Source: an uncultured Candidatus Rokubacteria bacterium | Lineage (GTDB): Bacteria; Methylomirabilota; Methylomirabilia; Rokubacteriales; DASRDR01 | Length of the DNA: 64,000 nucleotides | Assembly: GCA_963826115.1 (NCBI GenBank) | Contig: CAWGVS010000005.1 | Coordinates: 1,312,001-1,376,000 of the forward strand | Reading direction: 5' to 3' | In this document: positions 45,160 to 54,168 of the stretch, piece by piece | How the letters are laid out: the number at the start of each line of letters is the position of its first letter | How positions within the stretch are numbered: the stretch's first letter is position 1 | Notes under the pieces: generated by a model | The model's database searches: none | What the model saw: the letters and a program-made list of their open reading frames with translations, nothing else | Told to the model about the DNA's origin: nothing | Position numbers and translations under genes: made by a program

Positions 45160-45935
45160 GCGGCGACGAGATCCTGGTCGCGCGGGACGGGGCGATCGTC
45201 ACCCTGACCTTCAACCGGCCGGCCGCGCGCAACGCGCTCACGTGGCGCATGTACGAGGGGCTCACGCGCGTCTGCGAGGAGGTCGACGCCGACGACGCGG
45301 TCCGCGTCCTGGTGCTCCGGGGGGCGGGCGGTCAGGCGTTCGTGGCGGGCACCGACATCTCGCAGTTCCAGGCCTTCGCGGGTGCCCCGGACGGCGTCGC
45401 CTACGAGCGTGACGGCGATCGGCGCCTGGGCCGCCTCGAGGCGGTCCGGAAGCCGGTCATCGCGGCCATCCAGGGCTTCGCGGTCGGCGCCGGCCTCCGG
45501 ATCGCCGCGGCGTGCGACCTCCGGATCGCGACGCCGGACTCCCGGTTCGGCGCGCCGATCGCGCGCACTCTCGGGAACTGCCTGTCCGCGGAAGCGTACG
45601 CCCGCCTGGTCGACCTCATCGGACCTTCGCGGGTGACGGGGCTCCTCTTCACGGCGACGCTCCTGCCGGCCCCGGAGGCCCACGCCGCGGGCTTCGTCCA
45701 CGAGCTCGTCCCCGCGGAGTCGTTCGACGCCCGCGTCCGGGCGCTCGCCGAGGAGATCGCCGGCCACGCGCCCATCACGCTCCGTGTCACCAAGGAAGCG
45801 ATCCGGCGGATCCGGGCCTCCCGCCCGGTGCCGGACATCGAGGACCTCATCGTCGAGACCTACGGGAGCGCGGACTTCCACGAAGGCGTCCGCGCGTTCA
45901 TCGAGAAGCGCACCCCAGAGTGGAGAGGTCGCTGA
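45156..45935 (+). CDS. Enoyl-CoA hydratase/isomerase family protein
   Basis: FNRP..RNAL, AFVAGTDISQF, KPVIAAI.G.AVG, ACDLRIA, DF.EGV.AF.EKR. Confidence 0.9.
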   Translation: MSGDEILVARDGAIVTLTFNRPAARNALTWRMYEGLTRVCEEVDADDAVRVLVLRGAGGQAFVAGTDISQFQAFAGAPDGVAYERDGDRRLGRLEAVRKPVIAAIQGFAVGAGLRIAAACDLRIATPDSRFGAPIARTLGNCLSAEAYARLVDLIGPSRVTGLLFTATLLPAPEAHAAGFVHELVPAESFDARVRALAEEIAGHAPITLRVTKEAIRRIRASRPVPDIEDLIVETYGSADFHEGVRAFIEKRTPEWRGR

Positions 45936-45937
45936 GC

Positions 45938-47587
45938 ATGACAACGCCGCAAGCCGCGCCGACGCCCCACGAGACCTACGCCAGCCGATTCAGCTTCCGG
46001 CCCGTCGCCCTCGGGCGCCGTGGCATGGTGGCGAGCGCGAACCCGCTCGCCACCCTCGCCGGCCTCAAGATCCTGGCTCGTGGCGGCAACGCCGTCGACG
46101 CGCTGGTAGCCACCGCGGCCGCGATCGGCGTCGCCGAGCCGTACATGTCGGGCCTCGCCGGATGCGGCGTGCTGGTCCTCACCCGTCCGGGCCATCGTCC
46201 CAAGGTGCTGAACTTCCTCGGGCGCGCGCCGTCGGGCACGACCCGCGAGAAGATGCACGGCGCGAACCACACGAGCGGCCCGCTCTCCGTCGCGGTGCCC
46301 GGCAACCTCGCCGGCTGGGCGCGGGTCCTCGCCGACCACGGGACCCTCCCCCTCGCCGAGGTCCTCGAGCCCGCCGCCGAGCTGGCGGAGGCCGGTCCGC
46401 CGCTCACGCCCTTCGACCAGAAGATGTTCGACGAGCACCTCACGCACCTCGACGCCGAGGCCGGGCGGAACTACCTCCGCGGCGGGCGCACGCCCGCCGT
46501 CGGGACACCGCTCGCCCAGCCGAACCTCGCCGCCTCGTTCCGACGGATCGGCCGCGAGGGCATCGACGTCGTGTACGGCGGGGCGCTCGGCGACGGGATC
46601 GCGGGCGCGCTCGGCGGCCTCATGACCAAGAATGACCTCCAGTCGTACCCGGAGCGCCTCCGGTGGGACGAGCCGCTCAGCACGACGTACCGCGACGTCG
46701 AGGTGTTCGCCCCGCCCCCGCCGTCCAGCGGCTCCCAGGTCCTCCAGACGCTGAACGGCATGGGCGGCTGGGACGTGGGCTCGCTCGCCCACCTCGGACC
46801 GGACCACCTGGCCGTCATCGCGGAGGCCGCGCGCGTGGCCCGCATGGACACGCACCGCCACATCGGCGACCCGGACGTGGTGGCGGTGCCGACCGAGCGC
46901 CTCATGAGCCAGGCGCGAACCGAGGAGATCCGGGCCGAGATGCGGGCGCGCCTCGACGCGTCGCGCCGCCCCGTCGCCGTGGCGGGCGGGAGCGGCGGGG
47001 ACAGCGGGGCGTCCACGACGCACCTCGCGGCGATGGACGCGAGCGGCCTCGCGGTCAACGTCACCCAGAGCCTCGGCAACGGCTTCGGGAGCGGGATCGT
47101 CGTCCCCGGCACGGGGATCTGCCTCAACAACGCGCTCCACTGGACCAGCACCGACCCCGGCCATCCGAACGTCGTCCAGCCGGGGAAGCGCCACGAGTGG
47201 CCGGTGGCGCCCATCCACCTGTTCCGCGGGGGCAAGCTCTGGGGGACGGTCGGCACGCCGGGGAGCTACGGGATCCTCGTCACGACGGTGCAGGTCATCT
47301 GCAACCTGATCGACTTCGGCCTGAGCGTCCAGGACGCGATCGGCGCGCCCCGGCTCCGGTGGCTCGACGAGGCGATCGACCGGCTCCCGGCGGAGACGCT
47401 CCGGATCGAGTCGCGGGTCCCCGAGGCGACGCGCCGGGCGCTCGCCGCGCGCGGCTACGCGATGGAGGTCATGGGGGCCTGGTCGATGCGGGTCGGCGGC
47501 GTCCAGGCGATCCTCCGCGACGAGGCGTCGGGCTGGCTCATGGGCGGCGCCGATCCCCGCCGGAACGGCTACGCGATGGGCTGGTGA
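45938..47587 (+). CDS. ggt: Gamma-glutamyltransferase family protein
   Basis: GGNAVDA, EP..SG, VAVPG, STTH nucleophile Thr, FGSG, GTPG, GGADPRR. Confidence 0.88.
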   Translation: MTTPQAAPTPHETYASRFSFRPVALGRRGMVASANPLATLAGLKILARGGNAVDALVATAAAIGVAEPYMSGLAGCGVLVLTRPGHRPKVLNFLGRAPSGTTREKMHGANHTSGPLSVAVPGNLAGWARVLADHGTLPLAEVLEPAAELAEAGPPLTPFDQKMFDEHLTHLDAEAGRNYLRGGRTPAVGTPLAQPNLAASFRRIGREGIDVVYGGALGDGIAGALGGLMTKNDLQSYPERLRWDEPLSTTYRDVEVFAPPPPSSGSQVLQTLNGMGGWDVGSLAHLGPDHLAVIAEAARVARMDTHRHIGDPDVVAVPTERLMSQARTEEIRAEMRARLDASRRPVAVAGGSGGDSGASTTHLAAMDASGLAVNVTQSLGNGFGSGIVVPGTGICLNNALHWTSTDPGHPNVVQPGKRHEWPVAPIHLFRGGKLWGTVGTPGSYGILVTTVQVICNLIDFGLSVQDAIGAPRLRWLDEAIDRLPAETLRIESRVPEATRRALAARGYAMEVMGAWSMRVGGVQAILRDEASGWLMGGADPRRNGYAMGW

Positions 47588-47634
47588 CCGGGCGTGACGC
47601 GACGGTCGGCCATGCCCACGGAGAGGACCGCGTC

Positions 47635-48597
47635 ATGAAGGCGATCCGCGTCCACGAGTTCGGCGGGCCCGAGGTGCTGAGGCTCGAGGACGTGCCTCGG
47701 CCGGAGCCCGAGGCCGGGCAGGTCCTGGTGCGGGTCAGGGCCACGGGCGTCAATCCCTTTGACACGTACATGCGGAACGGCACCTACGCGATCAAGCCAC
47801 CGCTCCCCTACACGCCGGGGAGCGACGCCTCGGGCACCGTCGAGGCGATCGGCGACGGCGTGACGCGGCTCAAGCGGGGCGACCGCGTGTACACCGCCAA
47901 CACCGTGACCGGGGCGTACGCGGAGTACGCGGTCGCGCGGGAGTCCCAGGTGCAGCCGCTGCCGGACCGGGCCGAGTTCTCCCAGGGCGCCGGGCTCTGG
48001 GTCCCGTACGGCACCGCGTACCACGCGCTCCGCCACCACGCGGACGCGCGCGGCGGCGAGACCGTGCTGGTCCACGGCGCGAGCGGCGGCGTCGGGCTGG
48101 CGTCCGTCCAGATCGCCCGGGCGCTCGGGCTCGTCGTCTTCGGCACCGGCGGCACGCCCCAGGGCCTCGACCTCGTCCGGCGCGAGGGGGCCCACGAGGC
48201 CTTCGACCACCGCGCCGCCGGCTACCAGGACGCGATCCTCCGCGCCACCGGCGGCCGGGGCGTGGACGTCGTCCTGGAGATGCTCGCCAACGTGAACCTG
48301 GGGGCGGACCTGAAGCTCCTGGCCCCGCGGGGGCGGGTCGTGGTCGTCGGGAGCCGGGGCGACGTCACCATCACCCCGCGCGATCTGATGATCCGCCGGG
48401 CCTCCGTCCGGGCCTTCACGCTCTGGAGCATCAGCGAGGCCGAGGAGCGCGAGGTTCACGCCGCGATCTTCACGGGTCTCGAAAACGGGACCCTCAGACC
48501 GGTGGTGGGCAAGGAGCTCCCGCTGGCCGAGGCTCAGCAGGCGCACCGGGACATCCTGGCGCCCGGCGCCTTCGGCAAGATCGTTCTCGTTCCCTGA
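47635..48597 (+). CDS. NADPH:quinone reductase (zeta-crystallin/Qor-like MDR)
   Basis: MKAIRVHEFGGPEVL, GVNP.D, HGASGGVG, GKIVL. Confidence 0.92.
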   Translation: MKAIRVHEFGGPEVLRLEDVPRPEPEAGQVLVRVRATGVNPFDTYMRNGTYAIKPPLPYTPGSDASGTVEAIGDGVTRLKRGDRVYTANTVTGAYAEYAVARESQVQPLPDRAEFSQGAGLWVPYGTAYHALRHHADARGGETVLVHGASGGVGLASVQIARALGLVVFGTGGTPQGLDLVRREGAHEAFDHRAAGYQDAILRATGGRGVDVVLEMLANVNLGADLKLLAPRGRVVVVGSRGDVTITPRDLMIRRASVRAFTLWSISEAEEREVHAAIFTGLENGTLRPVVGKELPLAEAQQAHRDILAPGAFGKIVLVP

Positions 48598-48660
48598 TCG
48601 GCTCGCCGCCCCTGGGCGACGGTGCCGGTGCCGTCGCGGCGCCCGTGACGGCGGCAAGCG

Positions 48661-49048
48661 TCAGAACATCGTATTGCCGTGGGCCGACTCCGCCGGAACG
48701 ATCTGCAGGACATCCCAGTGCTCGACGATCTTGCCGCGCTCGTCGAAGCGGAAGATGTCCATCCCCGCCCAGTCGGGTCCACCAGGCCATTCCTGGTGGC
48801 AGTGGAGCACCACGTACGGCTCCCTCGGCGACGACGCGCTTCACGTGTACCCGCTTGCTCGGGTACTCCTTCGCCATCTCCTTGAAGAAGCGGATGAACG
48901 CCTCCTTGCCGTCGGCCACCCCGGGGTTGTGCTGGACGTACGTGTCGCCCACGTACCTCCGGACGGCTTCAGCCGGCTTCCCCTGGTTGAACATGAGGTC
49001 GTAGAAGACGATGGCGCTCTGCTTGTTGCGCTCGAGCTGCTCGCTCAT
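48661..49048 (-). pseudogene. SnoaL-like/NTF2 protein with one-base frameshift (likely sequencing error)
   Basis: N-half FYD..FN...YVQHNP.V.DGK; C-half YVVLHC...[26 protein letters not shown] in another frame; length 388 = 3n+1. Confidence 0.8.
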
Positions 49049-49575
49049 CGCGACGCCTCCTCCTCGTTCGTCCCCGCGGCGGGCTCGCGGGACGCGTCGA
49101 CCAGACGGCCGCCCGTGACCGCGAGGAGATCGTCGAGTCTCACCTCGAGATCCATCCCGCGCACGCCCGCGCTCACGTGGACTCGCTCCCAGTCCCCCGC
49201 GCGCCCGTCGACCAGGACGTCGAAGGCGCCGGCCCGCACCGCCAGCGCGGAGATCCCGCCGACCTTGAGCCCGGTGAGGCGCTCGGCCTCCCGCTGGCTC
49301 GCCATGCGGAGCCGCTTCTCCCCGAGCGCCTGGCCGAGCCGCTTCAGATCGACCTGACGGTCGGAGGGCACGAGGACGAGGAGCGGCTTCGCCCGACCGG
49401 GCGCGTCCCGCAGGACGACCAGCGTCTTCAGGACCGAGGGCGCCGGCACGCCGAGGAGCGCCGCGGCCTCGTCCGCCGAGTGGAACGCGCCCTCGGCGTC
49501 GTAGACGCGCACGCGGTGCTCGACGCCGCGCGACTCGAGGAGCCGCGCGGCGTTGGTCTTCGGGACGCTCGCCAT
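49045..49575 (-). CDS. ybaK: YbaK/aminoacyl-tRNA deacylase
   Basis: KTNAARLL, VLKTLV, DLK.L, AERLTG..VGGIS, VSAG.RG. Confidence 0.85.
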   Translation of the reverse strand: MASVPKTNAARLLESRGVEHRVRVYDAEGAFHSADEAAALLGVPAPSVLKTLVVLRDAPGRAKPLLVLVPSDRQVDLKRLGQALGEKRLRMASQREAERLTGLKVGGISALAVRAGAFDVLVDGRAGDWERVHVSAGVRGMDLEVRLDDLLAVTGGRLVDASREPAAGTNEEEASR

Positions 49576-49595
49576 CCCCGGGGCCTCCCGGGCGG

Positions 49596-50588
49596 TCAGT
49601 AGCCGAGCGCGCGATCGACGACGTTCCGGAGCGGACGGCCTTTCAGGTAGCGCTTCAGGTTGTCGAAGAAGATGTCGAGGCACCGCGAGACGTAGGCGCG
49701 CCCGTCGTCGACTGCGCAGTGCGGGCTCAGGATCACGTTGGGGGTCGACCAGAGGGGCGACTCGGGTGGGAGCGGCTCCTCGTGATACACGTCCAGCACG
49801 GCGCCCGACAGCTCGCGGGCCCAGAGCTTCGAGGTGAGCGCGTCGTAGTCCACCACGGGGCCGCGGCCGAGGTTCACGAGCCCGGCGTGCTTCGGCAGGG
49901 CGTCGAGCTCCTTCGCGCCGACGAGGCCGCGGGTCTCGGCGGTCAGCGGCGTCGTGACCACCACGAAGTCGGCCTGGCGGAGCGCCGCGCGGATGTTCTT
50001 CGTCGTGTACATCTGGTGGACGTACCGGTGGGGGCGCCCGCTCCGCCGCACGCCGAGGACCCGCATCCCGAAGCGACGGGCCAGGCGCGCCACCTCCCCG
50101 CCGATCCGGCCGACGCCGACGAGGACGACCGTGCGCCCGGCGATCGGCGTCATGAAGATCGGGTCCCAGCGCCGCTCGCGCTGACGCGTCACGAAGTGCG
50201 GGACGCCGTGATTCAGCATGAGGAGCGCGGTCATCGCGTACTCGCCGCCCTTCGGGGTGTGGACGCCGCTGGCGTTGGTCAGGACCACCTCCGGCGGCAG
50301 GAGCGGCACGAGCTTCTCCACCCCGGCGCTCGTGGACTGGATCCACCGCAGGCGGGGCGCGCGGGTCGCGAGGTCGCGACCGTCCACGTGGGCGACCATG
50401 AGGATCTCCGCCTCGCGCAGTCCCTCCTCCAGGGCCGGCGGGTCCACGCCGAAGGTCACGTTGAGCCGCCGCCGGAGCTCCGGCACGCCGGCCGCGCCCT
50501 TGGCGAAGCGGGGCGGCGTGACGGCGTCGTTCGGGCTCAGAGGGTCGTTCTGGACGTGGAGACGGATCCGGCGGTCGCGGGGGGGCAT
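49596..50588 (-). CDS. D-2-hydroxyacid dehydrogenase
   Basis: SAGVE, TNASGVH, GVGRIG, PLT.ET, NLGRG, AVLDV...EPLP, SPH. Confidence 0.92.
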   Translation of the reverse strand: MPPRDRRIRLHVQNDPLSPNDAVTPPRFAKGAAGVPELRRRLNVTFGVDPPALEEGLREAEILMVAHVDGRDLATRAPRLRWIQSTSAGVEKLVPLLPPEVVLTNASGVHTPKGGEYAMTALLMLNHGVPHFVTRQRERRWDPIFMTPIAGRTVVLVGVGRIGGEVARLARRFGMRVLGVRRSGRPHRYVHQMYTTKNIRAALRQADFVVVTTPLTAETRGLVGAKELDALPKHAGLVNLGRGPVVDYDALTSKLWARELSGAVLDVYHEEPLPPESPLWSTPNVILSPHCAVDDGRAYVSRCLDIFFDNLKRYLKGRPLRNVVDRALGY

Positions 50589-50753
50589 CGGCGCTCCTCG
50601 TGGCTCGGGGTTCGACGGTCCGACGTCGAGAGTCGTCGGGCATTCTAGCCCACCTTGGCGCGCCGTGGGCGGCGCGGCGCGCATGCTAGACTGCGACGAC
50701 CCGACAGCGTCCGGGACCGCCGCCCGGCGCGGGGCTCCAGGAGGCGCGACGCC

Positions 50754-51404
50754 CTGCCACTCGAGCGGTTCTTCTCACCGGCGGATCACGCGGCGATCGA
50801 GGCCGCCGTCCGCGAGGCGGAGGGGCGAAGCGCCGGCGAGATCGTCCCCTACGCCGTCGAGCACTCGGACCGCTACGTGCGCGCCTTCTGGACCGCGTCG
50901 ACGCTCGGCGCCCTCGTCGGCGGAGCGGTCGCCGCGCTCGTCCACTGGGCCTGGGACCTCTGGGCCGGTCCCGTCGCGCTCTGGATCGCGCTGCCACCCG
51001 CGACGGGCGCCGCGCTCGGCTGGCTCGCGACGCTCGCGTCGCCCGCGCTCCGGCGCCTCCTGTTGCCCCCCGACGTCATGGCGGAGCGCGTGCGCCAGCG
51101 GGCGTTCCAGGCCTTCGTCGAGGAGGAGGTGTTCCGCACCCGGGACCGGAGCGGGATCCTGATCTTCGTCTCGCTGTTCGAGCACCGCGTCGTCGTCCAC
51201 GCCGACCGCGGGCTCGACGGGCTCGTCACGCCCGCCGAGTGGGAGGAGGTCGTCTCGGCCATCGCGGCCAGCATGCGGGACGGACGGCCGGGCCCGGCCC
51301 TCGCCGACGGCATCCGGCGCTGCGCCGGTCTCGCCAGCCGGCTCCCACCCCGACCCGACGACCGGGACGAGCTTCCCGGTCGGCTCCGGCTGGGCCGAGA
51401 GTGA
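50754..51404 (+). CDS. TPM-domain membrane protein
   Basis: I..AV.EAE..S.GEIV, T.DRSGILIFVS..EH, ADRG, D.DELP; start codon uncertain (CTG after AGGAGG, or TTG 50655). Confidence 0.82.
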   Translation: MPLERFFSPADHAAIEAAVREAEGRSAGEIVPYAVEHSDRYVRAFWTASTLGALVGGAVAALVHWAWDLWAGPVALWIALPPATGAALGWLATLASPALRRLLLPPDVMAERVRQRAFQAFVEEEVFRTRDRSGILIFVSLFEHRVVVHADRGLDGLVTPAEWEEVVSAIAASMRDGRPGPALADGIRRCAGLASRLPPRPDDRDELPGRLRLGRE

Positions 51405-52372
51405 GCCGCCGAGTCGCCGCGTTCCCCGGGCGATGCCGTCCGCGTCACGGGACGCTCGCCTCCCTCCTCACGCTGGTCCTGGGCCTCGCGTGGCTCGTCG
51501 CCGTCCCCGCCGCGTGGGGCGCGAAGGAGGTCCCGTTCCTCGCCGCCCGTGTGAACGACGTCGCGAACCTCGTCTCGCCCGCGGTGCGGGAGCGCCTCGA
51601 AACCAAGCTCGCCGACGTCGAGCGCCGGACGGGCGCCCAGATCGCGGTCCTCACGGTCGACAGCCTCGACGGGGACTCGATCGAGGACTACGCGGTGCGC
51701 GTCTTCCAGACCTGGAAGCTCGGGCGGAAGGGCGTCGACGACGGCGTCCTCTTCGTGGTGGCGCGCCAGGAGCGGCGCATGCGGATCGAGGTCGGATACG
51801 GCCTCGAGAGCCGCCTGACCGACGCGCGCTCGCGGCAGATCCTGGACGACATCGTCAGGCCGGTCTTCCGCGCGGGAAACTTCGGCGCCGGCATCGAGGC
51901 CGGCGTCGACGCCATCGCGGCGGTCGTGGAGGGCGCGCCCCTCCCGGCTCCGAAGAAGGACCGCACCGCGCAGATCGGCTCGATCGTCGGGATCACGTTC
52001 TTCGCGCTCATGTTCCTCACCGTCATCGGGACCTTCTCCCTGGTCGCGCTCTTCGCGCCGGGCAGCGCCGGCTGGTTTCTCTACCTGTTCCTCACGCCTT
52101 TCTACGCGATCTTCCCGTCCGTCGTCCTGCCGCCGTACGGCGGCGTCGTCGCGGCCGGGAGCTGGCTCCTGCTCTTTCCGATCGTCCGGAGCTTCCTCCA
52201 CAGCGCCCAGGGCAAGAAGTTCCGCGAGCGTCATGGCTGGGTCATGGGCCCGGCGAGCGCCGGGGGCGGACGCTGGAGCGGCGGCGGCTTCTCCGGCGGT
52301 GGCGGAGGCGGCGGGGGCTTCTCGGGCGGCGGCGGATCGTCAGGGGGCGGCGGCGCGTCCAGCAGCTGGTAG
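51401..52372 (+). CDS. TPM-domain protein (YgcG-like) with Gly-rich tail
   Basis: QIAVLTV.SL, W.LG.KG.DDGVL, RIEVGYGLE..LTD, FSGGGGSSGGGGASSSW. Confidence 0.9.
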   Translation: MSRRVAAFPGRCRPRHGTLASLLTLVLGLAWLVAVPAAWGAKEVPFLAARVNDVANLVSPAVRERLETKLADVERRTGAQIAVLTVDSLDGDSIEDYAVRVFQTWKLGRKGVDDGVLFVVARQERRMRIEVGYGLESRLTDARSRQILDDIVRPVFRAGNFGAGIEAGVDAIAAVVEGAPLPAPKKDRTAQIGSIVGITFFALMFLTVIGTFSLVALFAPGSAGWFLYLFLTPFYAIFPSVVLPPYGGVVAAGSWLLLFPIVRSFLHSAQGKKFRERHGWVMGPASAGGGRWSGGGFSGGGGGGGGFSGGGGSSGGGGASSSW

Positions 52373-52399
52373 GCGAGCCTCTCGGGGCGCGCTCACCGG

Positions 52400-52645
52400 C
52401 GAGTCACCGGGGGGCGGGGCCCCGCCCCCCGGTGGTCCTTCTCGCGCTCGCGTCCCCGCTCGCACGTGGAGCGTTTCCGGGACGGCCTGCGCGCTCCCCT
52501 TAGCAGGGGAGCCCTGGTCCCTCCGGATTCCGCCACCGGATTGCCCGGCGGCGGCCTTCCCCTAGCGCGGTGGCGTGTCCTCCATGAGTCCTCCTGTGAA
52601 GGGCTCCACTCCGTGAGCCCTCGGCGGGGTCGCGCGCCCCCGTCA
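52400..52645 (-). ncRNA. Candidate GGA-rich structured sRNA (CsrB/Rsm-like?)
   Basis: TTGACA(52679-52674)-N17-TCCACT upstream; 14 GGA in ~190 nt; hairpins 52600-52621, 52530-52554, 52493-52512; terminal palindrome. Confidence 0.4.
52405..52434. terminator. 30-bp perfect palindrome, terminator-like hairpin
   Basis: CACCGGGGGGCGGGG|CCCCGCCCCCCGGTG just downstream of the TPM stop; no U-tract. Confidence 0.6.
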
Positions 52646-52848
52646 CCTCGAGTGGAACGCCGCGCGGCGCGCGTGTCAAGAGGCGCCGCATGTTCCCGCG
52701 CGCGAGCCCGACACCGTCTCGACACCCGCGACCGCGCGCCAGATCATCGGCGTCTCGCAGGCTGGCCGTGCGGTGGGGCACGGCGTGGCGCGAGCCGCGC
52801 GCGTCGCCCGGCCGGGCCGGTGCTAGGATGTGGGCCTGGGAGGACGCC

Positions 52849-54129
52849 ATGACGCCAACCGTCTACGACCTCGTACTTCGAGGCGGCCGCGTGATCGACC
52901 CGGACCAGGGCCTGGATACCGTCGCGGACGTCGCGGTGAGCGGCGGGCGCGTCGCCGCCATCGGGCCGGCGCTCGCCTCGGCGGCGCGCGCGCGCGAGGT
53001 CGTCGACGTCGGCGGGCGACTCGTCCTCCCCGGCCTCATCGACACCCACGCCCACGTCTACCAGTACGTCACCGGCCGCTTCGGCCTCGAGGCCGACATG
53101 GTCGGCGTCCACTCCGGGACGACCACGCTGATCGACCAGGGCGGCCCGAGCTGCATGACCCTCCCTGGGTTCCGCAAGTTCGTCGCCGAGCCGGCCGCGA
53201 CCCGTGTCTATGCCTTCCTGTCCGCCTACCTGGTCGGCGGCCTCGAGGGCCACTACTACCCCGCCCTCTACGGCCCCGACGGCGTGGACGTCCGCGCGAC
53301 GATCCGCGCGGCCCAGGAGAACGCGGACCTGGTCCGCGGCATCAAGGCGCACGCCGAGATCGGCGGCGTCGCCCGCTGGGGGCTCGACGTCCTGCGCCTC
53401 GGCGCCGAGATCGCCCGCGAGGCGGACCTCCCGCTCTACGTCCACTTCGGCCAGCTGTGGCCGCTCCCGAAGTCGGGCGCGGGCGACGCGGACCCCGACA
53501 CGATCCTCGCCCGCGTGGTGGAGATTCTCCGGCCGGGCGACGTCCTCGCGCATCCGTTCACCCGACACCCCGGCGGCTTCGTCGACCGAAAGGGGCGCGT
53601 CCACCCGGTGGTCCGGGAAGCGATGGCGCGCGGCCTCCGGATCGACGTGGGCCACGGCTCCCACTTCAGCTTCGACGTGGCTCGGCGGGTGCTCGACGCG
53701 GGGATCGTGCCGGACACGCTCGGCGCCGACCTCCACGGCTACAACACGGAGGTGCCGCGCCCGGCGGGCACGCCGCCGGGCGCGCATCCCGACCCGGAGC
53801 TCCACCCGTTCGCCGGCAGCACACGCTTCAGCCTGGCGCGCGCGATGACGGGACTGATGGCGTGCGGGATCGGTCTCGAGCAGGTCGTGCCGATGGTCAC
53901 CCGGAACGCCGCGCGGATGCTCGGCCGCGAGGGCGAGCTCGGCTCGCTCCGGCCGGGCGGCGTCGCCGACGTCACGGTCCTCGACGATCGGCGCGGCCGC
54001 TTCTCGCTCCGGGACAACGGCGGCACGGAGGTGATCGCCGAGCGCCTGCTGATGCCCGCGTTCTGCCTGCGAGCCGGCCGGCGGATCGACGCCGACGCGC
54101 CCATCCTCCCGCAGGCCGTCGCAGCCTGA
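52849..54129 (+). CDS. Amidohydrolase/dihydroorotase-like metallohydrolase
   Basis: GGRVIDP, PGLIDTHAH, IKAH, YVH, AHP, DVGHG, DLH, G.VAD; TGcTAGGAT extended -10 and GGAGG SD. Confidence 0.88.
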   Translation: MTPTVYDLVLRGGRVIDPDQGLDTVADVAVSGGRVAAIGPALASAARAREVVDVGGRLVLPGLIDTHAHVYQYVTGRFGLEADMVGVHSGTTTLIDQGGPSCMTLPGFRKFVAEPAATRVYAFLSAYLVGGLEGHYYPALYGPDGVDVRATIRAAQENADLVRGIKAHAEIGGVARWGLDVLRLGAEIAREADLPLYVHFGQLWPLPKSGAGDADPDTILARVVEILRPGDVLAHPFTRHPGGFVDRKGRVHPVVREAMARGLRIDVGHGSHFSFDVARRVLDAGIVPDTLGADLHGYNTEVPRPAGTPPGAHPDPELHPFAGSTRFSLARAMTGLMACGIGLEQVVPMVTRNAARMLGREGELGSLRPGGVADVTVLDDRRGRFSLRDNGGTEVIAERLLMPAFCLRAGRRIDADAPILPQAVAA

Positions 54130-54168
54130 GCGTTCCCCTCTCGCGGCTCGCTCCGGGCCGACGCCCGA

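Noticed and set aside
52255-52372. GGC-rich repeat tract
   Set aside because: Encodes the normal Gly-rich tail of YgcG/TPM proteins; not a separate repeat element
52515-52562. Resemblance to a cobalamin riboswitch (GGGcAATCCGGTG..GAATCCGGAG)
   Set aside because: Lacks the CCCGCAACTGT and GCCACTG/B12-box elements in the right order, and no downstream gene lies on that strand
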